A stretch of 64,000 nt of DNA from Actinomycetes bacterium (GTDB taxonomy: Bacteria; Actinomycetota; Acidimicrobiia; Acidimicrobiales; Bog-793): the NCBI GenBank assembly GCA_021809425.1, contig JAKBAA010000002.1, positions 3,634 through 67,633 of the forward strand. Reading direction: 5' to 3'. The translations under genes were made by a program, and so were the position numbers. Below the pieces are notes generated by a model. That model was not told the DNA's origin, did no database searches, and worked only from the letters and a program-made list of their open reading frames with translations. This document shows positions 16,882 to 25,128 of the stretch, one piece after another (positions within the stretch are counted from its first letter, which is position 1; the number at the start of each line of letters is the position of its first letter).

Positions 16882-19800
16882 CTACCCGGTGGTCCCCGCG
16901 GTCCCGGTGGTCCCCGCGGTCCCGGTGGCTCCCGTGGTCCCGGTGGTCCCGGTGGTCCCGGTGGTCCCGGCGGTGGTGATCGTGCCGCTCGTCGAGATCG
17001 TCGCACCGACCGGCGTCCCGAACGTCCCGACGGCCGTCGCCCCGGTCGTCGTCGCCCCGGTGAGCGTCGTGCCTGCGAGGGTGGCGCTGTCGAGGTTGGC
17101 GCCGGACAGGTTGGCACCTTGCAGGTTGGCGTCGAGGAGATCGGCGCCGACCAGGTCGGCGTTCGACAGGCTCATACCCGTGCCCACGGCGTCGGAGAGG
17201 TTGGCGCCGGACAGGTTGGCCCCGGTCAGGTTGGCGTTCGACAGGGTCGCCCCGACCATCGTCGCCGCCGTGAGGTTGGCGCCGGACAGGTTGGCCCCGG
17301 AGAGGCTGGCGCTCGACAGGTTCGCCCCGGCCAGGTTGTCGCTCGCCAGGTTGTCGCCGGTCAGCGTGGCGCTCGAGAGGTTGGCGCCGGCCAGGTTGGC
17401 ACCGGTCAGCGCCGTCCCGGTCAGGCTGGCCCCCGTCAGGTCGGCCCCGGTCAGGTTGACGCCGGTCAAGCTGTCGCCCGACAGGTTGGCGCCGGCCAGG
17501 TTGGCGCTCGCAAGGTCGGCGCTCGGACCGACGAGGTAGCCGTCGACGAGCGACCACCCGGCCGGCAACGAGGTCGGCGAGCCGGTGATCCCGCCGGAGC
17601 CGACCCCGGTGAGGGTCGCCCCGGAGAGGTTGACCCCGTTCAGGTCGAGACCGGCCAGGTTGGCGTTCGTCAGATTGGCACCGTTGCCGATCAGGTAGCC
17701 GCCGACGAGCGACCAGCCGGGCGGGAGGGCGAGCGGGGTCCCGGTGATGCGCCCGGAGATCACCCCGGACAGGGTGGTGCCGGACAGGTTCGTCCCCTGG
17801 AGGTCGAGCCCGGTCAATGCCCCGTCGGTGAGGTTCGCCCCCGACAGGTCGGCGCCGGGGCCGACGAGGTAGCCGTTCACCTCGGCATAGCCAGAGGGAA
17901 GCGAGGACGGCTGCCCGACCGTCGCCCCCGAGGCGACGCCGGAGAGCGCCGCGCCGGAGAGGTCGGCGCCCGTCAGGTTGGCGCCGGGGCCGACGAGGTA
18001 GCCGCCGACGAGCGACCAGCCCGCGGGCAACGTCGACGGCGCCCCGGTGATCCCGCCCGAGCTGATCCCGGTGAGCGTCGCCCCGGCGAGGTCGGCACCA
18101 GCCAGGTCGGCGCCCGAGAGGCTGAGGTTGGTGAAGTTGGCATTCGACAGGTTGGCGCCGGGGCCGACGAGGTAGCCGGCAAGCACCGTCCACCCCGACG
18201 GCAGGCTCGCCGGGGTGCCGTCGAGCGTCCCCGAGGCGACCCCGGTCAGCACCGTCGCCGAGAGGCGAGCGCCGGCAAGGGTGGCGCTCGTGAGCGTCGC
18301 CCCTTGCAGGGTCGTCCCGCGTGCGCGCAGCTGGCCGAGGAGCGCTCCGGTGAGGTCGCTACCGCTGAGGTCGACGTCGACCAGCAGATCGCCGCGGAGG
18401 ACGGCCCCGTTGAGGGTGGCGCCCTGGAACGACGTCGCCCGGAGCGTCGCCCCGACGAGCTGTGCGTCGGTCAGCGTGGCGTTCTGCAGCGTTGCCCCAC
18501 GAAGGTCGGCCTCGTCGAGGTTCGCCCCGGTCAGCACGGCACCGACGAGGTGCGCCCCGGCAAGGTCGGCTCGGGCCAGGTCGACGTGCGCGAGCGAGGC
18601 ACCGTCGAGGGTGGCCCCCCCGAGGTGGGCCCCCGGACCGACGAGAAAGCCGCTGGCGACCGCAAAGGCGTTCGGCAGGCTCGTCGGGCTCCCGCTGAGT
18701 CCGCCTGAGGCGATACCACTCAGGTGGGCACCGGCGAGCGCGGCCCCCGACAGGGTGGCGCCGGTGAGCGACGCAGAGGTGAGGTAGGCACGCCGCAGGT
18801 CGGCGCCGCTCAGCGTGGCGCTCGCCAGGGTGGCGCTCGAGAGGTTGGCGCCCGACAGGTCGGCGTCGGTAAGGGTGGCGCTCGAGAGGTCGGCGCCGAC
18901 GAGGCTCGCCGCGTTCAGCGAGGCGCCCGTCAGGTTCGCGCTCGCCAGCCCGGCCCCTGCGAGGCTGGCCCGGTTGAGGCTGGCGTCGGTCAAGGTGGCG
19001 GTCCCGAGGCGAGCCTTGGCTACGTCGGCGCCCGAGAGCCTCGCCGAGGTGAGGTCGGCGCCGTACAGGTCGGCGCCGTACAGGTCGGCTCCCGAGGCGT
19101 TCGCCGAGGTGAGGTCGGCGCCGTACAGGTCGGCGCCGGCGAGGTCGGCACGAGCCAGGTCGGCGCCGGCGAGCGACAGGTTGCGCAGGTCGGCCCGCGC
19201 CAGGTTCGCCCCGGCGAGATCGGCGCCGGGCCCGACGAGGTGACCGCCGCGCAGCACGAAGCCCGGCGGCAGCCCGGCCGGCCTGCCGTACAAGCCGTCC
19301 GAGGCCGTCCCGGCGAGCGTCGCCGAGGCGAGGTTCGCTCCGGCCAGGTCGAGGTCGACCAGGCGCATCCCCGAGAGGCGCACGGCGGACAGGTTGACGC
19401 CCGGACCGATCAGGCGGTGGTCGACGAGGCCGACGCCGCGAGGAAGGGTCGCCGGGGTGCCCCGTACCGTCCCGCCGATGCCGTAGAGGTCGGCTTGGCC
19501 GAGCGCTGCCCCCGACAGGGTCGCCCCGGTGATCGTGACGTCGACGAGCCGAGCGCGCGAGGCCCGGAGGCCGACGAGGTCCGCCTGCGACAGCGTTGCC
19601 CCCGTCAGGTTCGCCCCGGCGAGGTCGGCGGCGGCGAGGTCGGCCCGGGCCAGGTCGGCGCCGGCAAGGTCGGCGCCGGACAGGTCGGCCCCGGCGAGAT
19701 CGGCCCGGGCGAGGTCGGCGCCGGACAGGTTCGCCCCCGCCAGGTAGGCTCGGGCGAGGTCAGCGGCGGACAGGTGCGCCCCCGACAGGTCGGCCCGGGC

Positions 19801-20076
19801 GAGGTCGGCGGCGGGGAGCCGTCGACCGGAGAGGTTGCGGCCCGAGAGGTTGCAACCTGCGAGGTCGTGCGCCCTGCCGGCGGTGACGAGGCAGCGGGTC
19901 GCCCCTGCCGTTCCTGCCGCTCCTGCAGCCGGTGCCGACAGCTCGGCCAGCGCGACGGCCGTCCCGGCGCCGACGCCCAGCACGAGGACCGCGCGAAGGA
20001 GCAGGCGCGCGCGACGCCGGCCGGCGCGGCGGCCTGCGCCCGACGGCGCGTGCTCGTTCGTGCTCGCTCTAGCCAC
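16882..20076 (-). CDS. Giant pentapeptide-repeat (right-handed beta-helix) protein with N-terminal signal/anchor and C-terminal Gly-X-Y tail
   Basis: Hundreds of A(D/N)LxG-type pentapeptides. N-terminus RRRARLLLRAVLVLGVGAGTAVALAEL. I prefer GTG 20076, which follows GGGAGGA by 5 nt and overlaps the upstream stop by 8 nt (GTGGCTAG). The track start 20187 is the alternative. Confidence 0.85.
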   Translation of the reverse strand: MARASTNEHAPSGAGRRAGRRRARLLLRAVLVLGVGAGTAVALAELSAPAAGAAGTAGATRCLVTAGRAHDLAGCNLSGRNLSGRRLPAADLARADLSGAHLSAADLARAYLAGANLSGADLARADLAGADLSGADLAGADLARADLAAADLAGANLTGATLSQADLVGLRASRARLVDVTITGATLSGAALGQADLYGIGGTVRGTPATLPRGVGLVDHRLIGPGVNLSAVRLSGMRLVDLDLAGANLASATLAGTASDGLYGRPAGLPPGFVLRGGHLVGPGADLAGANLARADLRNLSLAGADLARADLAGADLYGADLTSANASGADLYGADLYGADLTSARLSGADVAKARLGTATLTDASLNRASLAGAGLASANLTGASLNAASLVGADLSSATLTDADLSGANLSSATLASATLSGADLRRAYLTSASLTGATLSGAALAGAHLSGIASGGLSGSPTSLPNAFAVASGFLVGPGAHLGGATLDGASLAHVDLARADLAGAHLVGAVLTGANLDEADLRGATLQNATLTDAQLVGATLRATSFQGATLNGAVLRGDLLVDVDLSGSDLTGALLGQLRARGTTLQGATLTSATLAGARLSATVLTGVASGTLDGTPASLPSGWTVLAGYLVGPGANLSNANFTNLSLSGADLAGADLAGATLTGISSGGITGAPSTLPAGWSLVGGYLVGPGANLTGADLSGAALSGVASGATVGQPSSLPSGYAEVNGYLVGPGADLSGANLTDGALTGLDLQGTNLSGTTLSGVISGRITGTPLALPPGWSLVGGYLIGNGANLTNANLAGLDLNGVNLSGATLTGVGSGGITGSPTSLPAGWSLVDGYLVGPSADLASANLAGANLSGDSLTGVNLTGADLTGASLTGTALTGANLAGANLSSATLTGDNLASDNLAGANLSSASLSGANLSGANLTAATMVGATLSNANLTGANLSGANLSDAVGTGMSLSNADLVGADLLDANLQGANLSGANLDSATLAGTTLTGATTTGATAVGTFGTPVGATISTSGTITTAGTTGTTGTTGTTGATGTAGTTGTAGTTG

Positions 20077-20818
20077 CCGATCCTCCCGTTCCTGCTCTAC
20101 CCGACCCACCACCGCCGGCGGCGCTGCCGGGCCCACCACCGGCGGACGCGCCGCCGGCGCCGAAGCTGCCGCCGGCAAGCCCGCCACGGGCGGACGACGA
20201 CACGCCGGCCGCCGTCGCCGAGACCGAGATGGCGCTCACCACGCCCGACGCGCTCGTCGAGCCCTGGACGACGATCCTGTCGCCGCTCTTCAGGGTCGAG
20301 ACGGTCGCCTTCGCGTCGCGGTCGATCGTGACGCCCGGCGACAGCCTCACCTTGACGATGGTCCCGCTCGAGGTCGTGAGGTAGAGGGTGTCGCCCACCA
20401 CGGCGGTGAGGGTGCCGGTAGCCGCCGGCGGGGTGAAGCCGCCGAACCCGCCGGTGGCCGTCGAGCCCGTGCGGCCGGCAGCGCCCGCGGCGGCGGATGA
20501 CCCGGCTCGACCGAGCAGCGCCGCTATGCGCGAAGCAAAGGCGGACGAGCTGCCGCCCGCCGACGAGGTGCCGTCGGCACGCTGCACGGCGGCGCCGCCC
20601 CAGAAGGCACCGGCGGCCACGACGAGCGCCAGCAGGACGAGCATCGGGGCGCGCAGCCGCACGCCCGAGCGGTGGGCCTTCGCCGGCCAGGGGTCGTCGC
20701 CGTCCACGCTGGCGCTGCCGGCGAGCATCGCCAGCAGGTCCTGGTCGGGCCCTGTCCCGCCGGGGTCGGCGGGCCCGACAGGAGGGACCGGCTCGGTTGG
20801 CGAAGTCTCGTAGGGCAT
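20069..20818 (-). CDS. Membrane-anchored protein with one DUF5666-like small beta-barrel domain and Gly-rich tail
   Basis: ATG 20818 lies 7 nt after GAAGGAGG. TM helix MLVLLALVVAAGAFWGGAAV. Domain ...GTLTAVVGDTLYLTTSSGTIVKVRLSPGVTIDRDAKATVSTLKSGDRIVVQGS... matches the repeats in 25129..26055. DUF5666 naming is from memory of the motif, not a search. Confidence 0.7.
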   Translation of the reverse strand: MPYETSPTEPVPPVGPADPGGTGPDQDLLAMLAGSASVDGDDPWPAKAHRSGVRLRAPMLVLLALVVAAGAFWGGAAVQRADGTSSAGGSSSAFASRIAALLGRAGSSAAAGAAGRTGSTATGGFGGFTPPAATGTLTAVVGDTLYLTTSSGTIVKVRLSPGVTIDRDAKATVSTLKSGDRIVVQGSTSASGVVSAISVSATAAGVSSSARGGLAGGSFGAGGASAGGGPGSAAGGGGSGRAGTGGSGG

Positions 20819-20843
20819 CGCCGTGCCTCCTTCGGCCGACGGC

Positions 20844-22070
20844 TCACTCATAGCGGAGTGCCTCGATCGGTCGCAACGAGGCCGCCCGGTTGGCCGGATA
20901 GAACCCGAAGAAGACACCAATGCCGATGGCCACGCCGAAGGCGAGGAAGATCGAGTAGGGGGCGATCGCGGGCTGGACTCCGGTGATCTTGAACTGCGAG
21001 CCGACCACGCCGACCACGACGCCGAGGACGGCGCCGATCAGCGAGAGGACCACCGCCTCGATGAGGAACTGGCCGAGGATGGCGCCTTTCGGGGCCCCGA
21101 TGGCCTTCCGGATGCCGATCTCCCGGGTGCGCTCGGAGACGGACACGAGCATGATGTTCATCACCCCGATGCCACCGACGAGCAGCGAGATGCCGGCGAC
21201 GGCTGCCAGCAGCGTGGTGAACGTGCTGCTCGTCGACTGGGCCGTCGAGAGCAGCTGGGAGGCGCTCGTGACGGTGAAGGGAAGGTTGGCGACCGTCGTG
21301 TTCTCCGAGGTGGCAAGGACCTGCTCGACCTCCGCCTCGGCCGCCGGGATGGCCGCGGACGACTTCGCCTGGACGAGGAGCTGGCTGAAGGTCGACGCCT
21401 CGCCCGTCAGCTGGTTCTGCACCGCCGTGTACGGGGCGATCACCACGTTGTCCTGGTTGGTGATGCCGCTCGTCCCCTTGCTGGCGAGGACGCCGACGAC
21501 CTTGAAGCTGGCCCCGTTGAGCAGGATGGTGGCACCGAGCGGGTCACCGCCGACCCCGAACAGGTCCTGGGCGACCGTCTGCCCGATGAGGACGTCCTGC
21601 ACCGCGTTCGTCACCTCCTCGCTCGTGAGCGTGCTTCCTGCCTGCACCGTGTAGTCGTCGGCGGCGAGGTAGTGGGGCGTGGTCCCGATGACCGAGACGC
21701 TCGACGCCGTGGCCGTCTGGTAGGTGGCCGTCACGCTCGTCGAGATCACCGGCGACGCCGAGACGACGTCAGGGGCGAGACGCCGGTCCTGGATCTGCTG
21801 GAGGTCCGACAGGGTGAGGACGACCGGCTTGGTCTGGGTCACCCCCGACGTGGTGCCGAAGCCGAACGAGCCCCGGTTGAAGACGGTCAAGGTGTTGGTG
21901 CCGAGCGAGTTGATCTGCGCCTGCACGGCGTTCGACGAGCCGGTGCCGACGGCGATGAGGATGATGACGGCCCCGACGCCGATGAGGACGCCCAACATGG
22001 TGAGCGCCGAGCGCAGCTTGTTGGCGTTGAGGCCCCGGAGGGCGATGCGGAGGTTGTCGCCGAGCCTCAT
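20844..22070 (-). CDS. MacB/FtsX-type ABC transporter permease
   Basis: N-terminus [36 protein letters not shown], a large extracytoplasmic domain, and a C-terminal FtsX-type 3-helix bundle ending ...PANRAASLRPIEALRYE. ATGA overlap with the ATPase gene. Confidence 0.9.
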   Translation of the reverse strand: MRLGDNLRIALRGLNANKLRSALTMLGVLIGVGAVIILIAVGTGSSNAVQAQINSLGTNTLTVFNRGSFGFGTTSGVTQTKPVVLTLSDLQQIQDRRLAPDVVSASPVISTSVTATYQTATASSVSVIGTTPHYLAADDYTVQAGSTLTSEEVTNAVQDVLIGQTVAQDLFGVGGDPLGATILLNGASFKVVGVLASKGTSGITNQDNVVIAPYTAVQNQLTGEASTFSQLLVQAKSSAAIPAAEAEVEQVLATSENTTVANLPFTVTSASQLLSTAQSTSSTFTTLLAAVAGISLLVGGIGVMNIMLVSVSERTREIGIRKAIGAPKGAILGQFLIEAVVLSLIGAVLGVVVGVVGSQFKITGVQPAIAPYSIFLAFGVAIGIGVFFGFYPANRAASLRPIEALRYE

Positions 22071-22861
22071 GTCGCCGTCACCGCTCCGGTCGGCGGGACG
22101 CGCACCGCCACGGTCGGGTCGTAGCCCGGCAGGTGGCGCGGCGGCGGCTGGCCGACCGGCACGACGCGCACGTCCTCCACGATCTCGCCGTCGCGCACCC
22201 GAACGATGCGCTTGGCGTACTGGGCGACGTCGTGCTCGTGGGTGATGAGCACGATCGTCCGACCGAGCTGGCTCACCTGGCTGAACAGTGCCATCACGTC
22301 CGCCTGGGAGCTGCTGTCGAGGTTCCCCGTCGGCTCGTCGGCCAGCAGCAGCGCCGGGTTCGTCACGAGGGCCCGGGCGATCGCCACCCGCTGCTGCTGG
22401 CCCCCCGAAAGCGCCGAGGGGAGGTGCAGCTCACGGCCGGCGAGCCCCACCGCGGCGAGGGCAGCCATCGCCCGGTCCCGCCGCTCGGCGCGGTGCACCC
22501 CGGCGTAGACGAGCGGCAGCTCCACGTTGGCGAGCGCCGTCGTTCGGGGGATCAGGTTGAACGCCTGGAAGACGAAGCCGATCTTCCTGCTCCGCACGAC
22601 CGCCAGGGCCGCCTCGTCGAGGGTGCGGACGTCGACGCCGTCGAGCCAGTAGTAACCGCTCGTCGGCACGTCGAGGCAGCCGATGACGTTCATGAGCGTG
22701 GACTTGCCGGACCCGGAGGCACCCATGATCGCCACGAAGTCACCGGGCTCGACGACAAGCGACACCCGGCGCAGCGCGTGCACGACGTTCTCCCCGGCGG
22801 CGTAGTCCTTGGCCACGTTCCAGAGGGCGATCACCGGCCGGCGCCGGTCGGGACCGGTCAT
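22067..22861 (-). CDS. MacB/LolD-type ABC transporter ATP-binding protein
   Basis: Walker [14 protein letters not shown]-loop FVFQAFNL, signature [15 protein letters not shown], Walker [17 protein letters not shown] overlaps at both ends. Confidence 0.95.
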   Translation of the reverse strand: MTGPDRRRPVIALWNVAKDYAAGENVVHALRRVSLVVEPGDFVAIMGASGSGKSTLMNVIGCLDVPTSGYYWLDGVDVRTLDEAALAVVRSRKIGFVFQAFNLIPRTTALANVELPLVYAGVHRAERRDRAMAALAAVGLAGRELHLPSALSGGQQQRVAIARALVTNPALLLADEPTGNLDSSSQADVMALFSQVSQLGRTIVLITHEHDVAQYAKRIVRVRDGEIVEDVRVVPVGQPPPRHLPGYDPTVAVRVPPTGAVTAT

Positions 22862-25083
22862 CCGCCGGCACGGGCACGGAACCCGCCACCACCGCCGCCG
22901 AGGAAGGCGCCCCCGCCGCCGAGGAAGCCACCACCGCCACCACCGCCGCCGCCTGCCGCGGAGGTGGCGGCGCCCGCGACGGAGACGCTCGGGAGGACGA
23001 CCGTCTCACCGGCGGTGAGCCCGCTCAGGATCTGGGTCGTCGAGCTGCCGACGATGCCGACCGTCACCGGCGTGGTCACCTGGCTGGTTCCCCTCAGCAC
23101 GGTCACGGTGGAGCGCGCTCCCGACGTGGTCACCGCCTGGCTCGGCACCTCGAGCACGTTGCTCGCTGTCTTCGCCACCACGCTCACGTCGGCGGTCATG
23201 CCGTCGTGCACCTGGGCCGGCGGGGCGTGCAAGGTGATCGTGACCGGGTACTCGACCACGTTCGAGGACACGGTCGAGGTCGGCGAGATGCTCGTGATGG
23301 AGCCGGCGGACGTCACGCTCGTGAGGGCCGGGAAGCTGACCGTGGCCGTCTGGCCGACTGCGAGGTCGCCGATGTCGGCTTCGGGGAAGTCGACGACGAT
23401 GGCGAGCGAGCGGAAGTCGGCGATCTGTACGATGCCGCTCGACGACCCGCTCCCGCTCCCGCTGCTGCTCGAGCCGGCACCACTCCCGCTGCCGCTCGAG
23501 GAGCTGGTCGACGCCGTGGCGAGCGACGTCGAGGACGTGCCCGCGCTCACCGTCTGGCCGACGGCGCCGTTGACGGCCGTCACCGTCCCGCTGATCGGCG
23601 CTCGCAGCGTCGTGTCCGCCAGGTTGGTCTCGTCCTGCACGAGCGTCGCCTTGTCCTGGGCGATGGCTGCCTCGTCCTGCGCGATCGTGGCCGCGTCCGG
23701 CTGGTTGCTGGCAGCGTTCGCGGCGGTCGTCGACGTCAAGCTCTCCTTCGCCTGCCGCAGCGACTGGGTCGCCCGGCTGACCCCTTGTGCATCCGTCGCG
23801 ATCAGCTGCTGCTCGCTCACGCACGCGCTCTGCGCAGTGGTGAAGCTGACCGTCGATCCGACCGCCGTCCCTGCCAGGTTGGTGGCGAGGAGCCGGAACA
23901 CGTACACCGTGTTCGGGCGCAGGCCGGTCACCGAGGCCGAGACCGAGGCGAGGCTCGTCCCGTTCCCGGCGCTGACGACAGCCGTCTCGTGGCCGAAGAC
24001 GGACGTCGTGCCGTACTCGAAGGCGTAGGAGGTGTCGCCACCCTCCGGGTTCACGGCGCCGGAGAAGGTCGCGGTCGTGGTCCCCGCACTGGCGCTCCCC
24101 GTCTCGGCCACCGGGACCACCACCGCCGTGGCGCTGTCGAGCGACGCCGTCGTCCCGCTGCTCCGCAGCGTGGCGCCCGCCGTCGACGCCGTGCCGGCCC
24201 CACCGCCTGTCGCCGTAGCGCTACCGGAGCCCGCGCCGGTACCGGCCGAGCCGGCCGTGCCCGCTCCGCCCGGCGACGAGCCGGTTCCCGAGGAGGTTCC
24301 CGTCGAGCTCGTTCCGCCCCCGGTCGAGGGCGTCCCGCCGGCGGACGTCCCGCTCGAGCCGTTGGCGCCCGTCGAGCCGGAGCCGGTCGTCGAGCCGGAG
24401 CCGGTGCTCGCTGCCCCGGTCGAGCTCGACGTGCTGTTGGTCGCTGCCCCGGTCGAGCTCGACGTGCCGGTGGTCGCTGCCCCGGTCGCTCCGATCGAGG
24501 CGGCCGAGGTGGCCGGGCAGCTCGCTGCCTGCAACGAGCGGAGCGTCGCCTGCGCCTCGGCCAGGGTCGTCTGGTCGCTCTGCAACGTCTGCTCGGCGGT
24601 CACGACAGCTGCCTCGGACCCGATCAGGTTGGCCGTGTCGGAGGCGGCCGTCGCCGCTGTCGGACCGGCCTCGGCGGTGGCGAGGGTCTGCTGGGCGCCC
24701 AGCAACGCCGCGTTCGCCTGCTGCACCGTGTCGGCCGCCTGGGTCGCGTCGATGGCGGCGACGAGCGCGCCCGCCTGCACCTGCTGGCCAACCCTGACAC
24801 GCAGCGTCCGCAGCGTGCCCGAGACCGGGAAGTTCAGGCTCGACGTCTCGGCGGGCGCCACGTTCCCGGTGGCGGTCTCGAGCAGCTGGACCGTGCCTGT
24901 GCCCACGGTGACCGTGCGGGTGGCGCTGGCCGGAGCCGCGCCCGAGCCGAAGATCGAGCTCAGCCCGAAGCCGGCGAGCACGCCGAGGAGCGCCAGCAGC
25001 GCCACGTAGAGACCGATCGTTCGCCAACGCCGGCGGCCGGAGCCACCCGCGGGTCGAACGCCCGAGCGGCGGGAGATACGCAC
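22858..25083 (-). CDS. MacA/HlyD-family periplasmic adaptor homologue with a ~230-aa insertion (S/T/G-rich plus Fn3-like domain) and poly-Gly tail
   Basis: GTG start after GGGGAAAGAAGGGG. TM anchor; barrel-sandwich/lipoyl motifs (...SLNFPVSGTLRTLRVRVGQQVQAGALVAAID... and ...LRAPISGTVTAVNGAVGQTV...); coiled-coil hairpin halves. Insertion runs Cys189..Cys421. Tail is [31 protein letters not shown]. Confidence 0.85.
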   Translation of the reverse strand: MRISRRSGVRPAGGSGRRRWRTIGLYVALLALLGVLAGFGLSSIFGSGAAPASATRTVTVGTGTVQLLETATGNVAPAETSSLNFPVSGTLRTLRVRVGQQVQAGALVAAIDATQAADTVQQANAALLGAQQTLATAEAGPTAATAASDTANLIGSEAAVVTAEQTLQSDQTTLAEAQATLRSLQAASCPATSAASIGATGAATTGTSSSTGAATNSTSSSTGAASTGSGSTTGSGSTGANGSSGTSAGGTPSTGGGTSSTGTSSGTGSSPGGAGTAGSAGTGAGSGSATATGGGAGTASTAGATLRSSGTTASLDSATAVVVPVAETGSASAGTTTATFSGAVNPEGGDTSYAFEYGTTSVFGHETAVVSAGNGTSLASVSASVTGLRPNTVYVFRLLATNLAGTAVGSTVSFTTAQSACVSEQQLIATDAQGVSRATQSLRQAKESLTSTTAANAASNQPDAATIAQDEAAIAQDKATLVQDETNLADTTLRAPISGTVTAVNGAVGQTVSAGTSSTSLATASTSSSSGSGSGAGSSSSGSGSGSSSGIVQIADFRSLAIVVDFPEADIGDLAVGQTATVSFPALTSVTSAGSITSISPTSTVSSNVVEYPVTITLHAPPAQVHDGMTADVSVVAKTASNVLEVPSQAVTTSGARSTVTVLRGTSQVTTPVTVGIVGSSTTQILSGLTAGETVVLPSVSVAGAATSAAGGGGGGGGGFLGGGGAFLGGGGGGFRARAGG

Positions 25084-25128
25084 GTCCGTGCCCCTTCTTT
25101 CCCCGTGACCGATGCCAGCCCGAACGCC

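Noticed and set aside
16756-20331. Long plus-strand ORFs (16756..18708 and 18724..20331) opposite the pentapeptide-repeat gene
   Set aside because: These are mirror frames of a highly repetitive GC-rich gene. The translations are degenerate (VGAGQVG-type) with no start or RBS context. The minus-strand frame has a signal peptide, an RBS and the canonical pentapeptide pattern.
22133-24028. Plus-strand ORF containing PPPPPPRKAPPPPRKPPPPPPPPP
   Set aside because: The poly-Pro run is simply the reverse complement of the adaptor's poly-Gly tail (GGGGGGGGGFLGGGG...). It is antisense to the ATPase and adaptor genes.
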